A program made the translations under genes and the position numbers. A DNA stretch of 64,000 bases from the NCBI RefSeq assembly GCF_001194135.2, contig NC_068984.1:60816809-60880808 (forward strand), in the 5' to 3' direction. Below are positions 51,479 through 63,792 of this stretch, piece by piece. Under the pieces are notes generated by a model, which was given only the letters and a program-made list of their open reading frames with translations, made no database searches and was not told the origin of the DNA. Every line of letters begins with the position of its first letter. Position 1 is the first letter of the stretch. The stretch comes from Octopus bimaculoides. Lineage: Eukaryota.

Positions 51479-51882
51479 GCTATATTAAATCTCTGACCGA
51501 GATGTAAAGAGTAGCAATACGGAATCGTAACATATAATTGCCAACCAAGTGTGACGTCCTATATGGGACAGTGCTATTTTGCGAGTGGGATGAGTTTTCA
51601 TCACTAGCTGGTGATTAACACACGCTGAAGATGGGTAATCACCCTGAAACTCGAGTCCGAGTGTATCACGTAAGGTTAGGAATGGGAGCGATCACCACCC
51701 CTCGCAAATACTAATCGGGCACAGAATGTGTGTCGTTAGCCAGCTGGAAAAGATGTCTTCCTGGGGCTATAAACGTCAGTAGCACTGTCTCGTATAGGAC
51801 GCCACACTTGGTTGGTAATTATATGTTGTGGCAATTATATGTATTGCTACTGTTTACATCTCGCTCAGAGATTTAATATAGC
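51479..51882. repeat. About 100-bp inverted repeat pair (51479-51576 and 51780-51882) enclosing a hammerhead
   Basis: gctatattaaatctctga.cgagatgtaaa.agtagcaatac and aacatataatt.ccaaccaagtgtg.cgtcctata.g.gacagtgcta match the reverse complement of 51780-51882. Confidence 0.92.
51611..51669 (+). ncRNA. Minimal type I hammerhead ribozyme (Penelope type), predicted GUC cleavage after C51657
   Basis: GTGAT..ACACACG-CTGAAGA-T-GGGT(AATC)ACCC-T-GAA-ACTCGAGT-C-CGAGTGT-ATCAC: three stems, conserved core and palindromic stem III. Confidence 0.8.
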
Positions 51883-52784
51883 GTATATNNNNNNNNNNNN
51901 NNNNNNNNNNNNNNNNNNNNNNNNNNNNNNNNNNNNNNNNNNNNNNNNNNNNNNNNNNNNNNNNNNNNNNNNNNNNNNNNNNNNNNNNNNNNNNNNNNNN
52001 NNNNNNNNNNNNNNNNNNNNNNNNNNNNNNNNNNNNNNNNNNNNNNNNNNNNNNNNNNNATATATATATATATATATATATACAATATATATACATACAT
52101 ATATATACATATATATATATATATACTGACGTATATATTTACATATATATATAAACAAACACACACACACATATATATATATACAAATGTTTATATGTAC
52201 GCATTATCTTTTGTAAAAATCCTACAACGTTGCAGTATATGACAGACAGATATGGTAGCTTTTATTGAAATACTCTAGATGGTACTAGATGTCAATGTCA
52301 AACTTATTACTTTTGATATATTTTTCCTGATTAAATGCTGCACACACACACACACATACACACGCACGCATGCGCAGTGTATGTATTTGTATGCTTTTAA
52401 GTGCAGCAAACAATAGCAAAGCCTGAGAGGAATCTTAGATTTCTATTGGTGGCTGAAAAATTTAGAAATTGTTTCTCGTTTCCGAACTTCTGACGGAGAA
52501 AATAATAAACAAAAATTTTAATACGTTTGGAGGATATTTAAAAGCAACAGTCAAATGACGTATCAAATTCTGTTTAAATAAACCTTATTCACAACAATGG
52601 AAATATATATACATAAGGAACGGGGAAATTGACACAGTAAAGTCAGGTGTAAGTATGTGTAGCTATCACAATGAAGGGGTTATGGGATGTTTTTGCAGGC
52701 AGTTTTGACTCCGCTTAATTGGCGTTGCTAACTGGCAGCTGAAATTTTGGTATCAGACTTTTTAATGTTTCTTCTCGTATTGGT

Positions 52785-52955
52785 TTCAAATTTTAGCACA
52801 TGTCCAATAATTTCGGGTGAGGGAGTCAGTCATAGACTCCAGTACTCAACTGGTATGTATTCTATCGACCCTGAAATGATGAACGGCAAATTCAACCTCG
52901 ACGGCATTTGAACTCAGAACGTAAAGACGAACGAAATTCTGCAAAGTATTTCGCC
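52785..52955 (-). mobile_element. SINE family A, diverged
   Basis: ccagtactcaactggtatgtattctatcgaccctgaaatgatgaacggcaaattcaacctcgacggcatttgaactcagaacgtaaagacg. Confidence 0.8.
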
Positions 52956-53600
52956 CTTATATGTTTCTTCTCATATTAATGATCTTCCTCATTTTGTCTC
53001 TCCCCTTTCCCATTGTGAGTAAGCATACCTTTCTATGTATATGGGGAGAGGGAAAGTGTTAATGTTAATCGTGCTCAATTATTGCTGTCTCCCTGTCTCT
53101 CTCACTCTTTCAATCTGTATGTGTTTATTTCTGTGGATGCTTTCCTGGTACCCTTCAAATTCTACTCAATATATGATTTAAAATTCTTTAAAAGTGAGTC
53201 AGAAAAGGAAATGCTCATAGACATTGTTAGCCACCTTAATCAAGTGGCACCAATACAACTGATACGTGTTACATTTGGACATTTTGCAGGTTGGTGCCTA
53301 ATAACAAATTATATTGTCCTTACTGGATTACAGAACGTTGCAGTTCGTGACTAGGAAAAGTTGGCACGTCCTCATTGAAATATGGTTTATCGACATAGTA
53401 CCACATTTTATTGACATAAAACTGGATTTAGTTCGAAGACATAACCATAACAGTAGTTACATATTGTTCATACGGAAGAGATCTTATGTTACCAGACTAA
53501 ATTTCGAATATGCCTGAGAGAAGAAGATAAAGAGTGACGAATTATTTATATCAAGCTATGTATTATAAGTGGAATTATTTATATCGGGTTATATATTATA

Positions 53601-53983
53601 GTGAAGGCGCAATGGCCCAGTGGTTAAGGCAGCGGACTCGCGGGCATAGGGTCGCGGTTTCGATTCCCAGACCGGGTGTTGTGAGTGTTTATTGAGTGAA
53701 AACATCTAAAAGCTCCACGAGGCTCCGACAGGGGATGGTGGCGAACCCTGCTGTATTCTTCCACCACAACTTTCTCTCACTCTTACTTCCTGTTTCTGTT
53801 GTGCCTGTAATTCAAAGGGTCAGCCTTATCACACTGTGTCACGCTGAATATCCCCGAGAACTACGTTAAGGGTACACGTGTCTGTGGAGTGCTCTGCCAC
53901 TTGCACGTTAATTTCACGAGCAGGCTGTTCCATTGATCGGATCAACTGGAACTCTCGACGTCGTAAGCGACGGAGTGCCAACA
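53601..53983 (+). mobile_element. SINE family B, full length, with 10-bp TSD
   Basis: A box TGGCCCAGTGG, B box GGTTTCGATTCCC; TSD ATATATTATA at 53591-53600 and 53984-53993. Confidence 0.95.
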
Positions 53984-53999
53984 ATATATTATAAGAAAC

Positions 54000-54235
54000 G
54001 TGGAGACGCATGGCTTAGTGGTTAGGGTGTTGCACATAAAAGATTGTCGTTACGATTACTGGGCCTGGTGGTGCGTTGTGTTCTTGAGCAATACACTTCA
54101 TTTCATATTGCTCCAGCTATCTGCTGGCAAAAATGAGCAAGCCTGCAAAGAACAGGCTTTTCGTCCAGGGGTGAATGTATAACTTGCAGAACCTGGTAAA
54201 CCAGCCTTATAAGCGGATGGCTTGGGAAGGACCTT
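54000..54235 (+). mobile_element. CORE-SINE related to family D but with a different tail
   Basis: tggcttagtggttaggg head; gcgttgtgttcttgagcaatacactt...ctccag...aaaaatgag CORE. Confidence 0.7.
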
Positions 54236-54896
54236 TGATTTTTCTTTTAATTATTAGAAGTGAAAACAAATTCCTTTATGTACAGAAAATGGATTAGTAT
54301 ACCCAAGAATACACAGAGTATGAATCGAAGAAAGCTTCGTTCAAATTCGAGCAACATGTCATGGTAAAAATGGTTGCTGATGTCCAGAGCAAAATGAAAG
54401 TGATTTTAATAAAGTTCTCACGTGTGACAAAATTCGGTTAAGAAAGAATAATATTGCTTCAGAGTAAAAAATGAAAAAGAAGAGAAATAACAAGACGTTT
54501 TCTTAAATGCCAGACAAATCTCTCTAAATCACAGACAAAAGATTAAAAAGGAATGACAAAGGAAAATAATCATGATAGAAAAAGAGACAGCGAATGCAAC
54601 AATCCACAAGTGATTTCCGTTGAGAAAATTCTTATGCAATCAGAATTTTGTATAAAGTAAGAATATTAAAAGTTTCCTGGAAAACACCCAAGGAAAAAAA
54701 TTGTTGGTAGAATGTATGTATGTATGTTTGTATGTATGTATGTATGTATGTATGTATGTATGTATGTATATTGAGTGTATGTATGTATGTATGCATGTAT
54801 GTATGCATGTATGTATGCATGTATGTACGTACGTATGTATATTGAGTATATGTATGCATGTTTGTAAGTATGTATATATATGTATTATATATATGT

Positions 54897-54941
<45 letters not shown>

Positions 54942-55011
54942 AACATAGTATATAACTTCACTATTTTCAAAACGAAAAGAAGTATTCTTCTTTCTGTTGT
55001 TGTTGTTGTTT

Positions 55012-55043
<32 letters not shown>

Positions 55044-56301
55044 CTTCTTCTTCTTCTCATATCACCATCGTCGTCACGACCACCACGACCATTACAACGA
55101 CGACGACGATGACGACGACGACGACGACGACGACCACCACCACCACCACCACCACCACCACCACCATTATTAGTAGTAGTAGCAGCAGTAACAACTGTAG
55201 TCATACTTGGTTCAAATAGACATGCAACTTCACTTGTCCGCATAATTAAGATATTTACCAATTATATCCGAAACAAAAGCATATTATTTGAAAACACCTG
55301 AGACTTTTCTCTCATATTCAGTGATGAATAATGTTTGTTATCATTGGAATTTAAACATGATTGTATTTGTATTTACATTTAACCCATGACAACATTTTCA
55401 AAGCAACACGGTTAAATATATCGTCACAAAAACAGAGAAATTGAATTTCGTATCGGAACGTAAATATTACAAAATGATAAAATGTAATGACTTTTTAATA
55501 GACAGCAAGAGTAAAACAGTAACAGCAGTGCGAACATTCTCAGTGATATGCTAATACACATACACTCACACACATACACACGTTCACACACATACTCGCG
55601 TTCACGCACATACACACGTTCACGTACACACGGTAGCATACGTGATTCTACACGCATACACACACATACATACACACATACACGCACATTGTGTGTACTA
55701 AATGAACAAAGCAATGAAAAGCAATTTCTCATTCCCTAATGCAGCTACAGCATGCAAATTTGAACATGACTCGATTGACTGAGAAAAAAATCTGCTTGGC
55801 AGACTTTTGTAACCAAAAGAAGCACATCTTTGCCCAAATATTTCTTCTACGAAAGAACTAGAGAAGAAGAGTGTTACATATCCACCAAAACTCTATCATA
55901 ACAGGAAATAGTCATACCCAAATGGATTTAGATGCTTTATGTTCAAACAAACGCAGAAAATGTTCACAGATACATCAAACTCAAAGACAAATGGGAAGGC
56001 TCTGATTTAATCTAGCGTGTAGGTTCTCCCTAGTAAAAGGACTAGATCACCATATTTGTTTTTCTTCTGTATTTATATTACATCTTCATTATCTGTGCTC
56101 TTATATAATCATTTATGTTTTGAAATTATTTCATGCATATTTAAATTTAATCTTTCTTAATACACTGCATAACGTCTTTGACACTCCTTACTTTCTATAT
56201 AACTTTATTTTCTTTGTCCCTACATATTTTGTAACGTGCATTTTGATTACTTAAATGAATGTCTTCTTGGAAATAGTAAAAATGTATTATTATTATTATT
56301 A

Positions 56302-56363
<62 letters not shown>

Positions 56364-56494
56364 GGAGAGTATTGTAGTTCGCTTGAAGCATTGGGTATTG
56401 TTTGTAAAGAATAGAAAGTTTAGAATGGTATAACAATGCAATATAGAACAAAAATTGGACTATATACCTGTTGTAATTTGGTTATCTATAGTCC

Positions 56495-56530
56495 GATGAT
56501 ATTTCGGAAATACAATTCCTTCTTCAGATC
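56495..56530 (-). ncRNA. Minimal hammerhead ribozyme-like motif (left-arm copy)
   Basis: GAT-CTGAAGA-A-GGAA(TTGTAT)TTCC-GAA-ATAT-C-ATC. Confidence 0.55.
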
Positions 56531-56569
56531 TTCTTTGCTGGAGTCTCTGCAATAAACTCCAGCAAAGAA

Positions 56570-56605
56570 GATCTGAAGAAGGAATTGTAATTCCGAAATA
56601 TCATC
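56570..56605 (+). ncRNA. Minimal hammerhead ribozyme-like motif (right-arm copy)
   Basis: GAT-CTGAAGA-A-GGAAT(TGTA)ATTCC-GAA-ATAT-C-ATC; stem I only 3 bp. Confidence 0.6.
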
Positions 56606-56672
56606 GGACTATAGATAACCAAATTACAACAGGTATATAGTCCATTTTTTGTTTTATAGTGCATTGTTATAC

Positions 56673-56713
<41 letters not shown>

Positions 56714-56740
56714 GCATTATTATTATTATTATTATTATTA

Positions 56741-56799
56741 TCCTCTCCTTTCAATTTTGTTTCCATTTCTTGCCGAGTGTCTTCCCGGCACCTAGGGCG

Positions 56800-56800
<1 letters not shown>
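56741..56800 (-). mobile_element. 60-bp island in (ATT)n, probably an extreme 3' end of a (TAA)n-associated retroelement
   Basis: Unique sequence with a TGCCG/CGGCA hairpin flanked on both sides by (ATT)n; family assignment is inference. Confidence 0.35.
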
Positions 56801-56850
<50 letters not shown>

Positions 56851-56865
56851 GTTATTATTATAATT

Positions 56866-56913
<48 letters not shown>

Positions 56914-57769
56914 ACTGTTGTAGTTTTGAAGCAAACGAAAATCTTTCGATTCGTTGCTGAAAGAGTTACATAAAGTTTCGTATGATGGTTTTTCCTTTAT
57001 AATTTTGTAAGCTGAAAATGATCAAACGTTTGAACGCCTACTCGAAGATATGAGACAGAGAAAACACCTGTTTTTTTTTTAGACATCTTAGATTTTTCCT
57101 GTTTATTATATATAGTATATTACACAAGAGGTGGGTTGTAAAAGGTTTTGACAAAAATAAAAGTAGCACACGATACGTCTACTCTGAAAATTATGAAATA
57201 ATTTTCCATCGCTTACGCAGTCACAATTTTATATACAGAAACTGAATTATGTACGACATAAATAAAAGTACTACTGATTGGTAGTTGACACTTGGTTCGT
57301 CGACATCGTTTGCGGCACTGCACAAGCAGACTTTAAGGACGATGATTACACGGAATGACATGTGGTTGGGTAAGTTTTGTATGGTCATGCAGATTATGAT
57401 AAACCTTGACGAGCACGGTCCCAGAGCTATTTCTCATAGCCATGTAGGAAGAGAGGCAAATGTACAGGACAGAAAGTCCATCAGTTAAACGTGTGTTACC
57501 TCAGATATCTGTAATAAGGGGAGATGTATTAAAATAGTGTAGAATATTTTCTCCATCAACTCGCTTTTACGTACAAATTTGTACGTAAATATACGCACCC
57601 CTTGTAATTACTTTTGTAGCACGTTGTTTCAGGTAAGAAACTGCAAAATGAATTATCAACTTTGCCTTTGATCCCTTCGGAGTCGATAGCATAAATACTA
57701 AGTTAAGTACAGTGAACGATTAAACCCTCCCCTCAAAATTACTGACCTTGAACCTGAACCAGAAACTTA

Positions 57770-57827
<58 letters not shown>

Positions 57828-57835
<8 letters not shown>

Positions 57836-58101
57836 TTTTATTCTTTTATTCTTTTACTTGTTTCAGTCATTTGACTGCGGCCATGCTGGAGCACCGCCTT
57901 TAGTCGAGAAAATCTACCCCAGGACTTATTCTTTGTAAGCCTCGTACTTATTCTATCAGCCTCCTTTTGCCGAACCGCTAAGTTACGTGGACATAAACAC
58001 ACCAGCATCGGTTGTCAAGCGATGTTGGGGGGACAAACACAGATACACAAACACACACACACATACATATATATATACATATATACGACGGGCTTCTTTC
58101 A
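57828..58101 (-). mobile_element. SINE family C, 3' part
   Basis: Reverse complement matches 34438-34664; continues into cgacgggcttctttca before the gap. Confidence 0.92.
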
Positions 58102-58547
58102 NNNNNNNNNNNNNNNNNNNNNNNNNNNNNNNNNNNNNNNNNNNNNNNNNNNNNNNNNNNNNNNNNNNNNNNNNNNNNNNNNNNNNNNNNNNNNNNNNNN
58201 NNNNNNNNNNNNNNNNNNNNNNNNNNNNNNNNNNNNNNNNNNNNNNNNNNNNNNNNNNNNNNNNNNNNNNNNNNNNNNNNNNNNNNNNNNNNNNNNNNNN
58301 NNNNNNNNNNNNNNNNNNNNNNNNNNNNNNNNNNNNNNNNNNNNNNNNNNNNNNNNNNNNNNNNNNNNNNNNNNNNNNNNNNNNNNNNNNNNNNNNNNNN
58401 NNNNNNNNNNNNNNNNNNNNNNNNNNNNNNNNNNNNNNNNNNNNNNNNNNNNNNNNNNNNNNNNNNNNNNNNNNNNNNNNNNNNNNNNNNNNNNNNNNNN
58501 NNNNNNNNNNNNNNNNNNNNNNNNNNNNNNNNNNNNNNNNNNNNNNN

Positions 58548-58803
58548 TTATTATTATTATTATTCTTTTATTCTTTTACTTGTTTCAGTCATTTGACTGC
58601 GGCCATGCTGGAGCACCGCCTTTAGTCGAGAAAATCTACCCCAGGACTTATTCTTTGTAAGCCTCGTACTTATTCTATCAGCCTCCTTTTGCCGAACCGC
58701 TAAGTTACGTGGACATAAACACACCAGCATCGGTTGTCAAGCGATGTTGGGGGGACAAACACAGATACACAAACACACACACACATACATATATATATAC
58801 ATA
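58548..58803 (-). mobile_element. SINE family C 3' part, essentially identical to the copy before the gap
   Basis: Shares private variants (gagaaaatctacccc, cagcctcctttt, cgtggacat) with 57828-58085. Confidence 0.85.
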
Positions 58804-59353
58804 TTCTTAAAAATACATATTCCTAAACTTCTTCGCACGTTCCAGGAAACGGCCGTAAGACTATTTCTATTCGCTTTTGGGTTATTGTGAACTGTTATCT
58901 CATCAGCTTGAACTCCTTAATTTATCTGTATGTATTTATGCAATTACTTATCTGACTTTGATTTGGGCACGGAATTACACTATTATATGTATACATATGT
59001 TTTTGTATGTTATGTGTTCGCATGCTTATAATGGATTATATGTGCCTTCTGTGTTTAGATATGTGTCGGCTTTGATGAGGAGTATTATCGAGCTTGGAAC
59101 TTGTCTCTTTTAAATTAATACTTTAATCCAATCGCTCAATAAATTGAGCCACGCGCTGTTGTTTCTTGAAAAAAGTTCACCAGCATAAATTTTCATTACC
59201 TATATATNNNNNNNNNNNNNNNNNNNNNNNNNNNNNNNNNNNNNNNNNNNNNNNNNNNNNNNNNNNNNNNNNNNNNNNNNNNNNNNNNNNNNNNNNNNNN
59301 NNNNNNNNNNNNNNNNNNNNNNNNNNNNNNNNNNNNTATATATATATATGTGT

Positions 59354-59390
<37 letters not shown>

Positions 59391-60819
59391 TATATATACA
59401 TTACGTATATATATATATATATATACACACACACATACACATATATATGTATTTATATATATTTGTGTGTGTGAGTGTGTATGTGTATGTGTATGTCTGT
59501 GCGTGTCTGTTTTTGAGTATACACATATACATACATGTATATATAAATATCTCGCATATCTTGCATGGACGTAGACATTTGTCATTATCCATGCAATTTT
59601 TTTAAAATTCGTTGTATTTTCAGACAACAATACTAAACCCTCGATTAGACGAATCAATTTGTGCCTAATGAAATTTGTGTTTGTTTAGTTACCATTCTAT
59701 ATACAAGTATATTTTACCAATAAAAATAGAGTACATGCGGTAGAATATATTATTTATTTATACTGAATTCTTTTTCACGAATTTCAATTTTCATACTTCA
59801 ACAATCGTGAATTTTGTTATTCAGACTGATTTTTATATACTTTTCAGCCAGTTCATTCTTTTCTCTACGACTGACGTCTTCATTCGCTGATAGTTATTGT
59901 TGTTTTATTAAGGAGATGCCTTTTGTTGTCGTCGTTTCATTTTCCGATTCGTTGGTTGCTTATTTCTCGTTGTTTTGTTTAATAGTTTTTTGTCTGTATC
60001 TGCCTTTTGCTGAAGTGATTCGCATCTTGATTTGATAAAGTTGTCTTCGGGACTACTTAACAAATTCTTAAATTATCCATGTTAAGTTGCTACAAATATA
60101 CGTGTTTGTGTACGTGTGAGTGCGTACATTTGCATTTTATATCTGATGTTAAGTTGGTTAATTGTGGGTTAATTTGTCTTGTTTGTTCTGTTAACGTTGG
60201 CATTGCTTGGTTTCCACTTCTATTTATACAACTGTTCTTTCATTGAATGTTTACTGTTTATGATCGGACCAATGACTATGTTCTTATGTTGTATTATGAT
60301 TCCAATAGTTTCATCGGTTGAAAACATCTATAATTACAAGACAAAAATCTAAGTAACCCATCCAGGACTATACTTAGACCATGGCCTCGCAATCTTTTGA
60401 AGTATAGACAACACAAATGCAGTAACGACGTATTGCATTGCTCTAAGAATTATAAAATTAACTGCCCCATTTAATCTAGTAAATATCACAGCTTCACTTA
60501 GGAGAATAACAATGTAATTTGAACATTTCTCACTATTAAATCTAAATAATTCACCTCAGTTATCATAACAAATTATAAATGTTTTCTTTGATCCCATTTT
60601 AGTTGTAAATTGCTGCAAGCGAGTAAACTTAAATTTATTTAAATTGCTCAGTCATCTCCAGAAATTAAAAACTGCATTCTTAAAGCTGGTATGGAAAAAA
60701 AACCTTTAGGCAACAATAGTGAAACTGAGAAACACTAACAGAAAGAGATAAACCAAGGTTATATCTAACCTTGCCACCTTAATAGAAATAATAGCCTTTC
60801 TACTGTAGGTACAGGGCCT

Positions 60820-60936
60820 GAACATCAACAAAAATCAGCATTGCTTGGAACAGAAAGAATTCTTCACAGGGTTTTTGGAGCATGACCAGTAAACAAGTGT
60901 CACCTTAGTCTGCAAAATAAGCTGTGAGATTTCATA
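60820..60936 (+). mobile_element. R4/Dong-clade non-LTR 3' end, family 1
   Basis: EHQQKSALLGTERILHRVFGA* (stop at 60883-60885) matches the LQK.ALLGTA.ILR.VL C-terminus; short UTR then (TAA)n. Confidence 0.7.
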
Positions 60937-60949
60937 TAATAATAATAAC

Positions 60950-61014
<65 letters not shown>

Positions 61015-61015
<1 letters not shown>

Positions 61016-61172
61016 CTATTTTTCTGGAGCCTGTTTAGTGCAACTTAAGAAAACAGCGTTATTAGGGGCAGCTAAGATACTGAGGAGGGTTCTTGGCATC
61101 TAAGGCTACTTGTTGTAGCCCGATGTTAGGATTCTTTTCTTTTCCAACGGTCTAATCTGTTGAGTGCATATG
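61015..61172 (+). mobile_element. R4/Dong-clade non-LTR 3' end, family 2, between two (TAA)n tracts
   Basis: VQLKKTALLGAAKILRRVLGI* (stop at 61101-61103); (TAA)n at 60937-61014 and 61173-61230. Confidence 0.8.
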
Positions 61173-61230
<58 letters not shown>

Positions 61231-61232
<2 letters not shown>

Positions 61233-61445
61233 GTTTCAAATTTTGGCACAAGGTCAGTAACTTCGAGAAGGAGGTAAACCGATTTCACCGACTCCTGTAC
61301 TCAAACAGGTACTTATTTTATTGTCCCTGAAAGGATGAATGGTAATGTCAACCTCTGCGGAATTTGAACTCAGAACGTCAAGACGTATGAAATTCTGCTT
61401 AGCATTTTTCCCGGCGTGTTTACGATTCTGCCTGCCCACCGCCTT
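61231..61445 (-). mobile_element. SINE family A
   Basis: ggtttcaaattttggcacaagg, ggtacttattttattg, ggaatttgaactcagaacg and gattctgcctgcccaccgcc. Confidence 0.85.
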
Positions 61446-61465
61446 AGTTATCATTTCTTCTCTGC

Positions 61466-61660
61466 TATTGGCACAAGGCCAGCAATTTCAGGAGACGGGG
61501 TAAGTCGATTACATTGACCTCAGTGCTCAACTGGTACTTATTTTATCCGTCCCGACAGGATGAAAAGGAAAGTCGACCATGGCGGAATTTGAACTCAGAA
61601 CACAAAGACGGACGAAATGCCGCTAAGCAATTCGCTCAGCGTGCTAAACTATTCTACACG
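61466..61660 (-). mobile_element. SINE family A, second adjacent copy
   Basis: ttggcacaaggccagcaatttc, gtcgattacattgacctcagtgctcaactggtac and gacggacgaaatgccgctaagc. Confidence 0.88.
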
Positions 61661-61767
61661 CTCGTATCCTTAATAATAATATTAGTAATAATAATAATAA
61701 TGATGATGATGATGAGGAGGAGGAGGATGATGATGATGAGGATGATAATAACAACAACAACAACAGA

Positions 61768-61841
<74 letters not shown>

Positions 61842-63174
61842 TAATAATAATAATAACAAGGATAATAGCAAGAATAACAAAACCAACAACACAACAACAT
61901 TGACAACAACAAAACTAATAATTATCGTAATTATTATTGGACAACAATTTCAGGGAAAAAAAAATAGAAAGATTTCACAGTTACGCTTCAATTGCCATGA
62001 CAAAGAAATTATATCGACAAGCATCAACAAGCCGGGCAACAAATTTAATAGAGAAGTAACGCTTTAGTGTAGAAGGAAAGTATTGGCAGTTTACATCTGC
62101 CATAAATCAGTGACGGAAAGCCATTCGTGGAATATTATTAGGATTAATTAAGACAAAAATATCAAGTTCCGCTTCAGCTGATGCACAGAGAAAAATCCCA
62201 GAGTTTCACTTCAGATAACATGAAATAAAAATCCTGTAATTCTTCAGTTTGACTAAACATAATCATCTCCAAGTTATGTAGCGTTATATACTTGTGTGTG
62301 TGTTTGTAAATGTTCATAAGGGAAACTTATATTGCATATGTGTATGCACACACACACACATACACAGGCACACACACAAACGCACACACACACACATGAG
62401 TGCGCATACATATATGTACGTATAATATTTACGCATACAAAAATAGACACATGCACACACACACTCTCTCTCACACACACACATACACACACATACACAC
62501 ACACATGCCCACATATATATATACATATATATATATATATATGCATATCAGTTAGCAGTAATATACTTAATAATGCATAAATATAATTAGAAATTAATAA
62601 ACTTGATTAATACTATACATACATAATACATATATATATAAATATATATATATATCTATAAATATATAAATATATATATATCTGTGTATATGNNNNNNNN
62701 NNNNNNNNNNNNNNNNNNNNNNNNNNNNNNNNNNNNNNNNNNNNNNNNNNNNNNNNNNNNNNNNNNNNNNNNNNNNNNNNNNNNNNNNNNNNNNNNNNNN
62801 NNNNNNNNNNNNNNNNNNNNNNNNNNNNNNNNNNNNNNNNNNNNNNNNNNNNNNNNNNNNNNNNNNNNNNNNNNNNNNNNNNNNNNNNNNNNNNNNNNNN
62901 NNNNNNNNNNNNNNNNNNNNNNNNNNNNNNNNNNNNNNNNNNNNNNNNNNNNNNNNNNNNNNNNNNNNNNNNNNNNNNNNNNNNNNNNNNNNNNNNNNNN
63001 NNNNNNNNNNNNNNNNNNNNNNNNNNNNNNNNNNNNNNNNNNNNNNNNNNNNNNNNNNNNNNNNNNNNNNNNNNNNNNNNNNNNNNNNNNNNNNNNNNNN
63101 NNNNNNNNNNNNNNNNNNNNNNNNNNNNNNNNNNNNNNNNNNNNNNNNNNNNNNNNNNNNNNNNNNNNNNNNNN

Positions 63175-63210
<36 letters not shown>

Positions 63211-63419
63211 GTATGCCCGCATATAATTAATAACAATTAATGGAACTTCATGAATAATTCAGAAACAAATGTTTTATTCAATCAAAGGGATTTTGTTTTT
63301 AGATTAACAATTTGCAGGTATAATGGCGCTTGCGGTGCAGATGGTTGTACAATATCGGTGCCTTCATAGTCCTTGTTATATAACCATCATTGGGATCATA
63401 ATAATTATCTTTGCACACC

Positions 63420-63792
63420 CTCCTCCTTCTCCTCCTCATCGTCATCATCAACAACGCTGTCGTCAGCCTCCCCATCTTTTTCTCTCCTTCCTCTATCCGC
63501 CTCATTATTATAATCATCAATGCCGTCGTCGTCATCGCCTTCATCACCACCACCACAACCACCACCACCATCATCAACTTGGTCATCATCATCTCATTAA
63601 TCACCCTGAACATCATCAGTGTCATTGTCATCGTCGTCGTCATCATTGTTATTACCACCCACCACCATCCTTGTCATCCTTGTTGCCGTCGTTGTCGTCC
63701 TCGTTGTGATCCTCCTCCTCCTCCTCTTCCTCCTCCTCCTCCTCATCATCATGAACATCATCATCATCATCGTCATCATCATCATCATCATT
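63420..63792 (+). repeat. Degenerate (CAT)/(CAC)/(CGT)/(CCT) trinucleotide low-complexity tract
   Basis: Directly visible; source of the poly-H and poly-P ORFs. Confidence 0.92.

Larger units (their letters stand above)
56424..56676. mobile_element. Near-perfect foldback (121-bp arms, 11-nt loop, about 4 mismatches) with a hammerhead core in each arm
   Basis: 56424-56544 is the reverse complement of 56556-56676. Confidence 0.95.

Noticed and set aside
57283-57369. Candidate exon ending in a strong G|GTAAGT donor
   Set aside because: The acceptor lacks a pyrimidine tract and the peptide is not recognisable.
57828-58803. Identical SINE C halves on both sides of a gap, as a possible recent tandem duplication
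   Set aside because: Identity across a scaffold gap is more simply explained by unmerged haplotypes or misassembly; it needs long reads.
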